A DNA stretch of 61,442 bases, the filler included. It is 9 parts of 9 records of this genome, joined end to end, with 100 filler letters (N's around TTAATTAATTAA, not from the genome) between each part and the next. Parts side by side here need not be neighbours in the genome. Positions count along the whole stretch, not along the records: positions 1 to 11,348 come from SRR31147125_55782; 8 more parts are not named here. One strand, written 5' to 3'. Positions 1 through 11,448 of this stretch are shown here, piece after piece. The translations under genes and the position numbers were made by a program. The notes below the pieces were generated by a model. That model saw nothing but the letters and a program-made list of their open reading frames with translations, was not told the DNA's origin and ran no database searches. Positions within the stretch are counted from its first letter, which is position 1; every line of letters starts with the position of its first letter.

Positions 1-128
1 GGCTTTGTGACTTCGATAAAACGTTTTGCAGTTAATAATACTGAATTCTATAAGGCCGCCTTAGATATAAATGAATTTCAAAGAATTCAAGATCTGGATG
101 ATATGGCTTCTACGAACATACCTATGTT

Positions 129-716
129 CTAGAGTTTATTGGAGATGCTGTTTATATTCTGATTTAGCTCATCTATGGATCTTGAGTTGTCTATCACGAA
201 ATCAGCTTTTTTTGCTTTCTCAATGGGATTTATTTGTGCGGCTTCTCTTGACTCGAAGGAGCCTTGGACTTTGTCTGATGCTTCATAGTATCTTTTCTTG
301 CGTAGATCGGTAGGGCAATTGATAAAAACTATTTTATCGACCTTTTTATCCCAGCCCGCTTCAAAGAGGAGTGGCATCTCTATAATAAAAGGACGCTTAC
401 TGGTGTTGTTGCCAATCAGACTGTAGATTTCCTTTTCAATTTTAGGATGCAATAGAGCTTCCAGGAGCAGCTTTTTCTTGGAATCTTTAAAGACAATATC
501 TCCTAGGCGGCTTCTGTTGATGGAGTTATCATTATTAAATATATTATTTCCAAACATTCTTAAAAGTTCAGTCTTGATCTCTTCGGTTTCTAAAAGATTG
601 TGAGCAATTTCATCTGAGGAGATTGTAGGAAATCCAAGCTTTTTAAATATTTTTAGGGCTGTGCTTTTTCCTGAGCCAATATTTCCCGTCAGTCCAATTA
701 TTTTCTTATTCTTCAT
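129..716 (-). CDS. coaE: Dephospho-CoA kinase
   Basis: N-terminal IGLTGNIGSGKST P-loop, then SSDEIAH, INRSRLGDIVF, LLHPKI, EMPLLFE and ADFVIDNS, all typical of CoaE. Confidence 0.92.
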   Translation of the reverse strand: MKNKKIIGLTGNIGSGKSTALKIFKKLGFPTISSDEIAHNLLETEEIKTELLRMFGNNIFNNDNSINRSRLGDIVFKDSKKKLLLEALLHPKIEKEIYSLIGNNTSKRPFIIEMPLLFEAGWDKKVDKIVFINCPTDLRKKRYYEASDKVQGSFESREAAQINPIEKAKKADFVIDNSRSIDELNQNINSISNKL

Positions 717-1170
717 TCATTTGATCCTGAGTCTCTTCGGCTTCAGGGCCTTTTTTGATCTGGAGAAGAGTGTATATTAAGGGATAGATTGCCTTTTCTC
801 CGAAATCTTTAATTTCACAAGAGATTCTATCCTCATCTTCAACAGTTTGTGCTGAGAGGAGTGAGCCGATCTTTTCCATTACTAGCTTCCACTCAGGTTC
901 AAAAGTTTCATGAATTAACTTAATAGATGGGTTTTCGATTTCTTGCTTCTCCATCAGCCAGCTTACAGATTCGGCAACATCTCCCTCATTCCAGTCGAGT
1001 GTTGAGTCCTCGTGAGCTTTGACTAGTTTGTCATAAACTTCAACATTTTCAGGGTCAAGATCCTTGGCTTTTTTATACATTCTTAAAGCCTTGGTAGGGT
1101 TGCCTTTTTTTAGGAGTTTGTCGCCTTTTGAAATGAGCTTTTTTGCTTTCTTCGGATTGTTTTTAAACAT
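706..1170 (-). CDS. Small TPR-containing protein
   Basis: TPR-like segment GDKLLKKGNPTKALRMYKKAKDLDPENVEVY; overlaps the coaE start, so likely co-transcribed. Confidence 0.6.
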   Translation of the reverse strand: MFKNNPKKAKKLISKGDKLLKKGNPTKALRMYKKAKDLDPENVEVYDKLVKAHEDSTLDWNEGDVAESVSWLMEKQEIENPSIKLIHETFEPEWKLVMEKIGSLLSAQTVEDEDRISCEIKDFGEKAIYPLIYTLLQIKKGPEAEETQDQMNEE

Positions 1171-1195
1171 GAGATTCCCACTTGTTTGTTAACTA

Positions 1196-2566
1196 TTAAT
1201 TTTCGCTATTATCCATGAAATCTTTAGTCAATGCAATCAATTGTTCTCTTGTGTTTAGTTCGGGTTCATCAAGAACTGATTCAACCAAATGAGTTAGAAC
1301 TTTTCCTATCATTGGGCCTTCTGGAACCCCAAGATCCATAATATCCTTGCCATTGATCTCAAGATCTTTTGGACCAAATGGTGGTTTCTTGTTTAACTCT
1401 TCGATAATTCTTTTCTTAAGCTTAAGAATGCCTTTGATTTTGCTTGGATACTTTCCGCCTCTATTATCTGCTATGCGAAAGCTGACGAGTTTTAATATAA
1501 GATCTTTTCCGATTTTGCTGATGAATCTTCGTATTGCCTTTTCAGAATAGAAAGACTTTGTCTCAAACATGTGGTTTTCTATCAGTTTGCAGACTTCATC
1601 AGGATCGACACCGATGATTGTGGCTTTTATCCTACGCAAAATCTTCTTTGTCATTCGCGCTGATACAATTTGGTGGCCAAAAAAGACTGTTCTCTTATCT
1701 TTGGGTGAATAACGGGCAGTCTTGGCTTTGCCAATATCGTGAAGGAGGGCTGCGAATAGCAAGTTAATATCACCACTATGATCTATTGCTTCATCTGATC
1801 TCGCAGCATCTAGGACCTTCATTGTGTGGATAAAAACATCATCTCCTGCCTGTTTGTCTTGAGCGATATCCATTGTAGCTCTCAGCTCAGGAAAGACATG
1901 TTCCAATAGGCCGGTTTCTTCCATAAGTCTAAATCCTATGGACGGTTTGTCAGCGAGGAAGAGCTTCTTGATTTCTTCTGCTATGCGTTCACCGGAGACG
2001 GTCTTGATCAATTCAGCATTTTTTACAATAGCCTTTTTTGTCTTTTCTTCAATTTCTAAATCAAACCTGGCTGAAAACTGAATTGCTCTTAGAAGTCTTA
2101 AAGGATCTTCGACAAATGTATTATCAAACACCTGACGAATTAATCCATCTTTAACGTCTTGAATTCCATTAAACGGATCAACGTGTTCTTTTGTTTCTAA
2201 GTTGTAGGCTATTGCATTGATCGTAAAGTCACGACGGCCAAGATCTTCTTCTACAGGGAGGTCTGGGTCGTAGTTGATTTTGTAATCTTTATGGCCTGTT
2301 CCGGTAGAGATTTCTTTTCTGGGAATTGCAATATCTATAATGGTTTCCGGTTTGCCCTTAGGTGTAAACTTCAATACGCCGAACGATTTGCCAACAAGAG
2401 TGATCTTGCCCAGAGGTTCCAGAATTTTGATTATTGAATCAATAGGCAGTTTTGTAACTAGATAGTCTTTATCTTTGATTTCACGCTTCAGAAAACTATC
2501 GCGAACTGAACCACCGACTTCATAAACATTCCCGCCGGCATTTAAGAGGGCATCAATAAATTCCAT
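1196..2566 (-). CDS. cca: CCA-adding tRNA nucleotidyltransferase / poly(A) polymerase family with HD domain
   Basis: VGGSVRD..DKD catalytic motif, RRDFTINA, EDPLRLLRA, ERIAEE, and HD motif LLHDIGK. Confidence 0.85.
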   Translation of the reverse strand: MEFIDALLNAGGNVYEVGGSVRDSFLKREIKDKDYLVTKLPIDSIIKILEPLGKITLVGKSFGVLKFTPKGKPETIIDIAIPRKEISTGTGHKDYKINYDPDLPVEEDLGRRDFTINAIAYNLETKEHVDPFNGIQDVKDGLIRQVFDNTFVEDPLRLLRAIQFSARFDLEIEEKTKKAIVKNAELIKTVSGERIAEEIKKLFLADKPSIGFRLMEETGLLEHVFPELRATMDIAQDKQAGDDVFIHTMKVLDAARSDEAIDHSGDINLLFAALLHDIGKAKTARYSPKDKRTVFFGHQIVSARMTKKILRRIKATIIGVDPDEVCKLIENHMFETKSFYSEKAIRRFISKIGKDLILKLVSFRIADNRGGKYPSKIKGILKLKKRIIEELNKKPPFGPKDLEINGKDIMDLGVPEGPMIGKVLTHLVESVLDEPELNTREQLIALTKDFMDNSEN

Positions 2567-3606
2567 CTATTTCCCCGAATTTAGAACGAATTCCTCTATT
2601 TTTGATTCATTCTTGAATTTCTCTTGCCATTGTCTCAAGGCTGCCTGCTCTTTTTTGGCTTTAAAGCCCTTAACAAATTCAGACCCTTCTTTTTTCCATT
2701 TTTCAGGTGTTGCTGTATCTAGGGTTGCAAGTTTGATCACATAAGTGTTTGAGCCTGATTTAATAGGATGATTTAATATTGGAGTCTCTTTTGTGAGAGC
2801 AAAAATTTCTGCAAATGTTTCGTTTTCAATAGCACCAGGAATAACTTTGGATTTATCCTTAAGTGAAATATCCTTAAGTTCTTTTTTATTGAGTTTATAC
2901 TTCTTAACCAAAGTTTTGTATTTTCCAGTCGTATTTTCATTGAGCGAATCTATTAGGTTCTTAGCAATTTTTAATGTTGGGATGTCGTATTCAATACCTT
3001 CAGGTGCTGTGTCTGGAAGCTCAATGATTTCAAATCCCCACTTAGTATTTTCTCTATCAAATTCCTGTTTGGCTTCAATTTCTGAAACTGTAACGTTATC
3101 TGTAATGAATGCTTGTGCTTTTCTGGCGAGAAGATCATCTTTTATAAGATCTTCATAATTCAAGCCGTATTTATTTTCGAAGAATGGAAAGAAGACTTCT
3201 TTATAGGCCTTTGGATCGAATTTTCCATCTTTCTGAAAATTCGGGTTTGTAGCGATTTGTTCGTAGATTTCCGCATCAGTTACAAATAGACCGAATTTAT
3301 TGGCCAATTGAGCCAGTAGAACCTGATTAACAACCTGAAATAGGGCTGAAGATCTGACTTGCTCATACATATTTTCAGGGATTTCACCGTTAAACATCTG
3401 TTTATAGAATTCACGAGTATTTTCCAGTGCCAGTTTATATCTACCATACGGGACCGATTCGCCATTAACTGTTGCTGCAGCTCCACCTTTGCCGGCACCT
3501 CTCTGCATCTGTGAATATCCAAAAATAGGATAAATGAGAGAATGATTATTGTAAAAACTACTTTGGTAATCCATGATTGTGTGTGTTTTCTTAAGATATC
3601 AAGCAT
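2567..3606 (-). CDS. SurA/PpiD-like membrane-anchored periplasmic chaperone (frameshift near 3520)
   Basis: PpiD-type N-terminus MLDILRKHTQSWITKVVFTIIILSF is in one frame and AATVNGE...VTDAEI...FQKDGKFD in another; one extra T in the T5 run joins them. Confidence 0.75.
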
Positions 3607-3897
3607 ATTGCCCTCCGATTTGTCAGGGGAACCTAGCGAAATTAGAAAAGAAAGTCAATCTTAGGAATGTAAAATAAGGCTATCTTTGATTCAGCTATGT
3701 CATTTCAGATCTGCAGCCTGTCTTCCCGGGCTCTGATCCGAAATGACAGGAATTGTGGTTTTGATTCTAGGGAATGGGTTTGTGTTTCTCAAAAAATGAG
3801 AAATTTGAGAATAACTCGAAAATTGCCTCATAAATATCTGAATTATAAAAGTATTATGCCGATAAATACACTTGCCAAGGAGTAATCTATCTGCTAG

Positions 3898-4956
<1,059 letters not shown>

Positions 4957-5031
4957 AAATTATTAATACAAATTCTTAGAAACTGGCGAAGAGCGGTAGA
5001 CCTTTAATCGCTATCTTTGATTAATTGAAAA

Positions 5032-5868
5032 ATGATAAAGATAAAGAATAAAATTTCAAAGATCTCGTCAGTTGTAATTGCAGTAGTCTTAATTGCAGTC
5101 TTCTTTTTACTATCAGTTGAATCTCCAAAAACCGGTTCATGGCACCAGCAAGTTGTTGGGACGCTAATTTCTCCTATTCAGAAAAGTGTAACTTTTTTAG
5201 GCCGAGGTGTTTCTGGCATTTGGAATAGTTATTTTTCATTGGTGGGCGTCTCTAAAGAAAACAATATATTACACGAGAAAGTTGATCTGCTTGAAGGTAG
5301 GCTTAATGATCTCCGAGAGCTTGAGTCTGAAAATGCGAGACTCCGAATGTTGATGGCTTTTAAAAAACAACATGGCTTAGATGTTAAAGGCGCAGAGGTC
5401 GTAGCTATTGATCCAAGGGGTGATATCCGGGCGATAACTGTCAATGCTGGTTCGGATGATGGGGTTGCTGTTGACATGCCGGTTGTGACTTCAAGAGGTC
5501 TAGTCGGTAGGATTGTTGAAGTTACAAATAATAGTTCGAGAGTTTTGTTGATCACAGATCCAAATAACGCCGTGGATGTTTTGATTCAGAGGTCTAGAGC
5601 AAGAGCATTGCTTGAAGGAAGTTCTGTTAAGACGGAGCTAGGACCTAGTTACCATTTAAGTCGCCTTGAATATCTGGTGCGAAAGAGTGATATTAAAAAC
5701 GGTGATACCGTAGTAACTTCAGGTTTTGATGCTGTTTATCCATCTGGACTTCCGGTAGGGCTTGTAAGTGATATACAGCATAATGATTACGGTGTTTTTA
5801 AAGAGAGTGCCGTTCTTCCTTTTGTCGACTTCGATAACCTAGAAGAAGTATTGATTGTGATGAGGTGA
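5032..5868 (+). CDS. mreC: Rod shape-determining protein MreC
   Basis: N-terminal TM helix, coiled coil ENARLR, GLVGRI, VLLITD, VVTSG...YPSGLPVG; follows mreB. Confidence 0.93.
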   Translation: MIKIKNKISKISSVVIAVVLIAVFFLLSVESPKTGSWHQQVVGTLISPIQKSVTFLGRGVSGIWNSYFSLVGVSKENNILHEKVDLLEGRLNDLRELESENARLRMLMAFKKQHGLDVKGAEVVAIDPRGDIRAITVNAGSDDGVAVDMPVVTSRGLVGRIVEVTNNSSRVLLITDPNNAVDVLIQRSRARALLEGSSVKTELGPSYHLSRLEYLVRKSDIKNGDTVVTSGFDAVYPSGLPVGLVSDIQHNDYGVFKESAVLPFVDFDNLEEVLIVMR

Positions 5869-6395
5869 TGGTGAGAGTTCAAGATGCAATAATTTTAATT
5901 ATATCAATTTTTATTGCCGTTATTGTCCAAACAGTGGCGCTTCCTTCTTTTCCTTCTAACTATATTTGGTCTGATTTTATGCTTGGAATTATTGTTATTC
6001 TGGGCCTCAAGTTTAATTTAATACCCAGCGTTGCTCTGACAGTTTTAGCTGGTTTAATACTAGATGATATTTCACTGGCTCCTTTTGGAACTTCAACACT
6101 TTCTTTTATAGCAGTTCTATTTGTGATTAGAAGTGTGAAAGCCAATATCTATATAGAAAACAGAGGATCTCTTTTCGTCTGGTTAATAGTGTTTGGTTTT
6201 CTGGTGAGCATTTTTCAAGATGGAATGCTTCTGTTAAGAGGGCGTGCTGTAGAACTGAATGTTTTTCATTTTTGGATGATGGCTCTCCAAGCTGTTTGGA
6301 ATGCCATAATTGGGATTCTTGTTATTCCAATGCTTGAGAAAATCTTGAAACATGATTTTACAAAGGGTTTTAGGAAGAAAGGTTTGCGTATCTAA
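5865..6395 (+). CDS. mreD: Rod shape-determining protein MreD
   Basis: Hydrophobic 176-aa protein with GLILD..S..PFG motif between mreC and mrdA. Confidence 0.85.
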   Translation: MMVRVQDAIILIISIFIAVIVQTVALPSFPSNYIWSDFMLGIIVILGLKFNLIPSVALTVLAGLILDDISLAPFGTSTLSFIAVLFVIRSVKANIYIENRGSLFVWLIVFGFLVSIFQDGMLLLRGRAVELNVFHFWMMALQAVWNAIIGILVIPMLEKILKHDFTKGFRKKGLRI

Positions 6396-6400
6396 CTCTA

Positions 6401-8302
6401 ATGGATCTGAATCGTGATTACAAACATGATGTTGATACAAGGCTTGGCTTTGCCATCTGGATAATTGCGCTTTTTTTGATCATTGTTGCAGCGAGACTCT
6501 TTTATCTACAGATTATTAAGGGCGAATACTATAAACTCTTCTCTGAGAAAAATAGTGTTAGAAGAATATCTATTCCTGCTCCTAGAGGGATGATATTTGA
6601 TAGAGATGGAAATGTTATTGTTGATAACAGACCATCATTTAACGTTGTTGTGATACCTCAATATGTTACGAACCTTGATGAATTGGAAACAACTCTTGCT
6701 TCTATTTTTCCAAATGATGAAAAGTTAAATGAAAAATTGACAAAGGCTTCGAAGTCCCCAGCATATAGACCTTATTTGATTAATTCAGATGTGAGTCTTG
6801 ACATTGTTTCAAAGATTAAAGCAAGAAAATCTCCCATTGATAATAATTCAAAGTTCAATCTTGATGGAGTTGAGGTCGAACATTCCTTTATCAGAGAATA
6901 TGCAGCAGGAAGGGTCGCTCCTCATTCTATTGGTTATGTTAATGAGATTGATAAAAAGCGACTAGAGAGCTTGAAGAAAAAGCACCCAGGTCTTTATAGT
7001 AGAGGTGACTATGTAGGTTCGAGTGGAATTGAGAGAGAGTGGGATGTTCTGATAAGGGGAAAGAAGGGTGTCAAGGAGCAGATAGTTAATGCGCTGGGTA
7101 GACAAATTTTATATCCAGATATTTCAATTGAATTAGAAAATAAGAATCCTCTTTCGGGAGGAAATGTTTATCTAACTTTGGATAGCGACCTCCAAAGACT
7201 TGCTGATAAAATATTGTCCGGTAGAACTGGTGCCGTTGTTGCTCTTGATCCAAATAGTGGAGAGGTCTTGGCTATTCATAGTAGTCCTAGCTATGATCTC
7301 GCCAAACTATCTTCAAAGGAGAGAAGTGAGTATTGGCGAAAACTTGTTACGGATGAAAATAAGCCGTTATTCAATAGATCGATTCATGGTTTGTATCCAC
7401 CAGCTTCTACTTATAAAATTATTTCTGCTCTAGCGGGTCTGCAAGAAAAGGTTATTGATGAAAAAGGAAAGATCGATTGTAAGGGCGGTTTCAAATATGG
7501 AAATAGAATTTTTGGGTGCTGGCTTAGGAGCGGACACGGAAAAGTCAATGTTGTAGATGCTCTTGCTGAATCTTGCGATGTCTTCTTTTATGATGTTGGT
7601 CTTAAGTTGGGTGTTGATAAACTTGCCAAGTATGCTTCATATCTAGGTCTTGGGTCAAAAACTGGTATAGAGATCTCAGGTGAGAAATCAGGACTAATAC
7701 CGACTAAAAAATGGAAACTTGATAAAAGAGGCAAAAAATGGAGAAAAGGTGAAACTTTATCTGTTGCTATTGGACAGGGTTATAATCTAGTCACTCCATT
7801 ACAGGCTGCTCTTGCAATTTCACAAGTTGCAAATGGCGGGTATAGAATTAAACCTCATTTAGTAGATAGAGTTGTTGATAATGATGGAAATAATATTTAC
7901 CGCAGTGGAGTTGAAAAGACTGAGATTAAGGAACTTTCAAAAGAAAATATTGATATTGTTAGGGACGGATTGTGGAGTGTTGTAAATGGAGAAAAGGGGA
8001 CAGCTAGGGGGCTTAAGTATCTCGGTTTAGATATTGCGGGAAAGACTGGAACCGCAGAGATTGTAAGCCGTAAGGCAGGAACTACTGGAAAGAAATATAA
8101 AACTCACGCCTGGTTTGTTGGGTATGCACCTTTTGATAACCCAGAGATAGCGGTTGCTGTTATCGTTGAATATGGTGGACATGGATCAAGTTCGGCTGCA
8201 CCTGTTGCAGGAGAGATAATTAAAGAATATTTTATGAAAAAAGAGTCAGAGAATCTATGGCGAAAAGTGATTAGTTCTATAAATAGTAAAGAGGTCGGTT
8301 AG
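6401..8302 (+). CDS. mrdA: Penicillin-binding protein 2
   Basis: RLFYLQII, APRGMIFDRDG, SxxK (PASTYK), SCD and KTG motifs. Confidence 0.93.
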   Translation: MDLNRDYKHDVDTRLGFAIWIIALFLIIVAARLFYLQIIKGEYYKLFSEKNSVRRISIPAPRGMIFDRDGNVIVDNRPSFNVVVIPQYVTNLDELETTLASIFPNDEKLNEKLTKASKSPAYRPYLINSDVSLDIVSKIKARKSPIDNNSKFNLDGVEVEHSFIREYAAGRVAPHSIGYVNEIDKKRLESLKKKHPGLYSRGDYVGSSGIEREWDVLIRGKKGVKEQIVNALGRQILYPDISIELENKNPLSGGNVYLTLDSDLQRLADKILSGRTGAVVALDPNSGEVLAIHSSPSYDLAKLSSKERSEYWRKLVTDENKPLFNRSIHGLYPPASTYKIISALAGLQEKVIDEKGKIDCKGGFKYGNRIFGCWLRSGHGKVNVVDALAESCDVFFYDVGLKLGVDKLAKYASYLGLGSKTGIEISGEKSGLIPTKKWKLDKRGKKWRKGETLSVAIGQGYNLVTPLQAALAISQVANGGYRIKPHLVDRVVDNDGNNIYRSGVEKTEIKELSKENIDIVRDGLWSVVNGEKGTARGLKYLGLDIAGKTGTAEIVSRKAGTTGKKYKTHAWFVGYAPFDNPEIAVAVIVEYGGHGSSSAAPVAGEIIKEYFMKKESENLWRKVISSINSKEVG

Positions 8303-9417
8303 TGAATTTAGTAACTTCAGACAGAAAGAAGAGTTCAAGATTTAATTGGACACTATTTGCAATGGTGATTCTCTTGTTAACTATTGGTTTGATTAATCTC
8401 TACAGTGCTCTAAGCATCTGGGGCGGTGATGTTCGAACTTCGCTTTTCTGGTCACAGATTATGTGGGTCTCTATTGGCCTAGCTTTCATGATCTTTCTTG
8501 CTTTTTTTGACTATAGATTGATCGAGAGAGCAAGCCTCTACATATACATTTTTAGTATAATTCTGTTAGTTGCTGTTTTGTTTTTTGGGAAAGTTGTTGC
8601 TGGGCATAGAAGTTGGTTAAGCATTGGGGGTTTTGCGCTCCAACCTTCGGAGTTTGCAAAGCTAGCTCTTGTAATATTTATGGCAAAATATTTTAGCCAT
8701 AATCCGTATCCAGAAGGGTCGACACTTTCAGGTTTTTGGAGGCCTATTCTATACTCTGCAATCCCAGCGCTTTTGGTAGCCCTTCAGGGTGACCTTGGTT
8801 CTGCAATGTTCTTTGTCTTAATCTTCGCTACTTTTTCTTGGTTTGGAAGATTGAGAGGAAGAGGTGTAACAATTTTAATCACTGCTGCGGTTCTGGGTGC
8901 AGTTGTTTTCTATTTCTTTGGGTTGTCCGATTATCAGAAAAACAGAATTACAAATTTTGTCGATCCAGAAGCTGATCCAAGAGGAAGCGGATATCACGTT
9001 ATTCAATCAAAGATTGCTGTTGGATCCGGTGAGTTGTTTGGCAAAGGGTACAGAAAAGGGAATGTTAATAAACTGAAATATCTTCCGGAAAAGCACACTG
9101 ATTTTATTTTTCCAGTTTTTGCAGAAGAGTGGGGTTTTGCTGGATGTATCTCCGTCCTGTTTTTATATTACCTGCTTTTTTTATCAGGAATAAAGACAGC
9201 GAGGAAATCACGTGACCGAACGGGACTTTTTTTGTCTCTAGGAGTTATGGCCTTTATCTTTTGGCAAGTGGTCATTAATCTGGGAGGAGTTTTAGGATTA
9301 ATGCCTCTAACCGGTGTGACTTTGCCTTTCTTAAGTTATGGAGGATCCTCAACAATAGTAACCCTAGGGTCAATGGGGATAATATTCAGCGTTGGAATGC
9401 GCAGATTTCTGTTTTAG
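8302..9417 (+). CDS. rodA: SEDS peptidoglycan glycosyltransferase RodA
   Basis: QPSEFAK, GYHVIQSKIAVGSG, LPEKHTDFIF, GVTLPFLSYGGSS. Confidence 0.94.
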   Translation: MNLVTSDRKKSSRFNWTLFAMVILLLTIGLINLYSALSIWGGDVRTSLFWSQIMWVSIGLAFMIFLAFFDYRLIERASLYIYIFSIILLVAVLFFGKVVAGHRSWLSIGGFALQPSEFAKLALVIFMAKYFSHNPYPEGSTLSGFWRPILYSAIPALLVALQGDLGSAMFFVLIFATFSWFGRLRGRGVTILITAAVLGAVVFYFFGLSDYQKNRITNFVDPEADPRGSGYHVIQSKIAVGSGELFGKGYRKGNVNKLKYLPEKHTDFIFPVFAEEWGFAGCISVLFLYYLLFLSGIKTARKSRDRTGLFLSLGVMAFIFWQVVINLGGVLGLMPLTGVTLPFLSYGGSSTIVTLGSMGIIFSVGMRRFLF

Positions 9418-9526
9418 GGGCTCGCGCAAAGCCACATGGATCCTCCACCTCTCGCTGCCTTTGGCAGCTAGCTCAGTTGTTTCCATTAAAATAATACAGT
9501 TCGAGTGTAGTTGAGAACCTTTCAAC

Positions 9527-9554
9527 AAAAAAGCCCGGCAGAACCGGGCTTTTA
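9527..9554. terminator. Bidirectional intrinsic terminator between rodA and trxA
   Basis: A6-GCCCGG-cagaa-CCGGGC-T5 between convergent genes. Confidence 0.8.
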
Positions 9555-9575
9555 TTTATTAAATTTGCTGTATTT

Positions 9576-9902
9576 TTATGTGTTTGAAGTAATCATCTCT
9601 TCAATATTCTGCTTTGGTACAGCACCTGTTAGTTGGGCAACTGCTTCACCATTCTTAAAAAGAATCATTGTTGGGATTCCGCGAATTCCGTATTTCGCAG
9701 CTGTCTCTGGATTGTCATCGACGTTCAATTTACAAACTTTTACAGAACCTTCTTTTTCTGTAGCGATTGCTTCTATTGTTGGGGTTAGCCCAACGCAAGG
9801 GCCGCACCAAGGCGCCCAAAAATCTACCAAAGTTGGAAGCTGTTCCTCGATTACTTCTGATTGAAAATTTGCATCTGTTGCTTCTAGTACGTGCTGGCTC
9901 AT
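9576..9902 (-). CDS. trxA: Thioredoxin
   Basis: VDFWAPWCGPC active site, 108 aa, IRGIPT. Confidence 0.95.
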   Translation of the reverse strand: MSQHVLEATDANFQSEVIEEQLPTLVDFWAPWCGPCVGLTPTIEAIATEKEGSVKVCKLNVDDNPETAAKYGIRGIPTMILFKNGEAVAQLTGAVPKQNIEEMITSNT

Positions 9903-10110
9903 GATCCCTCCCTATAATTATTATCTATATTTCTGATACATGAATCAGATTTTTGAATCAAGCAATATCTTTCAATGAAAAAATCAGATTATGCTGTGTT
10001 CAGAATGTGTTCACTTTGACACAACATGTTGACGCACTTTGCTACTAGGGTATTGACAGATTCTTCAATAATGGGCATTTTACGGCAGTAATTTTTTATA
10101 AGGAGAACAA

Positions 10111-11133
10111 ATGGTTTTAGCAAATACAGTTTCAGCATTGGCAAGTTCAATATCTACAAGTCCTCCTGTAGGAAGGCAAAATGTCTCATCCGCTTTTCCT
10201 GCGGCTAAGTCAGGATATCAACTGGCTTCTTTAAGCCCATCTGTTTTGATGGCTGCATCGGATGGTGCAATTGGTGCGGCTCCTCCAGCAGCGACTAGAG
10301 CCCTAAGAGATGCACAAAGGGAGAAGCTAAAGGGATCTTTACTAAAGTTGGTTGCTGAGTTGGATCAGCCTGTTACAGAGGTTAGACCAAATTTCAGAAC
10401 TTCAGTGAGATTTAATCACTCATTTGGTTTTCAGTTTCCTTATAGAAAGGATGCGAGTGTCCCTTATACCTTAACAGATTTCTTTATGCTGAAGGGTACA
10501 AAGGCAACATTTGCTGTGAGATATACGGATAAGGGTGACTATATTGAAAGAAAGGTTATTATCATTTTTGGTCAAGCTTCTTCGCTGACAGGTGGCTTTT
10601 ATGGACCATCCACTGAGGCTCTTGATCAAGAAGAACCATGGCCAACAAAGAGAATTGATAGCATAGTGTTTACAGAGAGATTTGATAAAGAGACGGGAGA
10701 GCAAATTCCCTTCAAGAAGATTAAAGCAGATTCAGGTAAGAAGACTTTAACCTATAGTGTTAAAATTGGTATTACTATTAGAGATGATGAAACGGGGGCG
10801 CTCGAAAATTGTAGGCTTGAAGCAGGTGTCATCGGCGCATTTACAAAGATTCGTACAAAGTGTACGAAGAAGAATGTACTGTTATTAGGGCTTACTAAAC
10901 AGTTACATGATATTTTTGCTAGTTTTCCTAATTTACAGACTAAATCAGGATCGGCCGGGTTGTTATCTGAAGCTCATGCATTTGCTGAAGGATGGAAGGG
11001 TAGTTCACTTCAACATCCAACAGAGTCCCTAAATTTGTCCACAGTTCTATGGTATGTTTGGGATAATGGTATGGCTCATGAGAGACCAGGTTGGTCACAG
11101 AGACTGAGGCTCATGGAAAAGGGATTAGAATAG
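10111..11133 (+). CDS. Hypothetical protein (orphan)
   Basis: 340-aa ORF with AAGGAG RBS; Ser/Ala-rich N-terminus; no recognised family. Confidence 0.6.
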   Translation: MVLANTVSALASSISTSPPVGRQNVSSAFPAAKSGYQLASLSPSVLMAASDGAIGAAPPAATRALRDAQREKLKGSLLKLVAELDQPVTEVRPNFRTSVRFNHSFGFQFPYRKDASVPYTLTDFFMLKGTKATFAVRYTDKGDYIERKVIIIFGQASSLTGGFYGPSTEALDQEEPWPTKRIDSIVFTERFDKETGEQIPFKKIKADSGKKTLTYSVKIGITIRDDETGALENCRLEAGVIGAFTKIRTKCTKKNVLLLGLTKQLHDIFASFPNLQTKSGSAGLLSEAHAFAEGWKGSSLQHPTESLNLSTVLWYVWDNGMAHERPGWSQRLRLMEKGLE

Positions 11134-11267
11134 CTTAAATCCTTGATAAATCAGAGATAATTCAAAAAACATCATCCATTCCTTGAAAAAACAACTAATT
11201 TCGCAAGATATTTCAATAATCCTTGACAAATAGGGGTAAAAATCATTATACATATCAGCCGTTTCAG

Positions 11268-11297
11268 GGTCCGGTCCGATTTTGACCGGGCTTTTTT
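11268..11297 (+). terminator. Intrinsic terminator-like hairpin
   Basis: GGTCCGGTC-loop-GACCGGGCT followed by a T tract. Confidence 0.5.
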
Positions 11298-11311
11298 GAT
11301 CTTACTAAATA

Positions 11312-11348
11312 GGGTGCATAGCTCAGTTGGTTAGAGTACTACCTTGAC
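11312..11348 (+). tRNA. tRNA-Val(GAC), 5' half only (cut by contig end)
   Basis: GGGTGCA TA GCTCAGTTGGTTAGAGT A CTACC TTGAC: acceptor 5' strand, D arm, anticodon stem and loop start. Confidence 0.8.
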
Positions 11349-11448
11349 NNNNNNNNNNNNNNNNNNNNNNNNNNNNNNNNNNNNNNNNNNNNTTAATTAA
11401 TTAANNNNNNNNNNNNNNNNNNNNNNNNNNNNNNNNNNNNNNNNNNNN
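11349..11448. other. Artificial contig linker
   Basis: N44-TTAATTAATTAA-N44, stops in all six frames. Confidence 0.98.
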
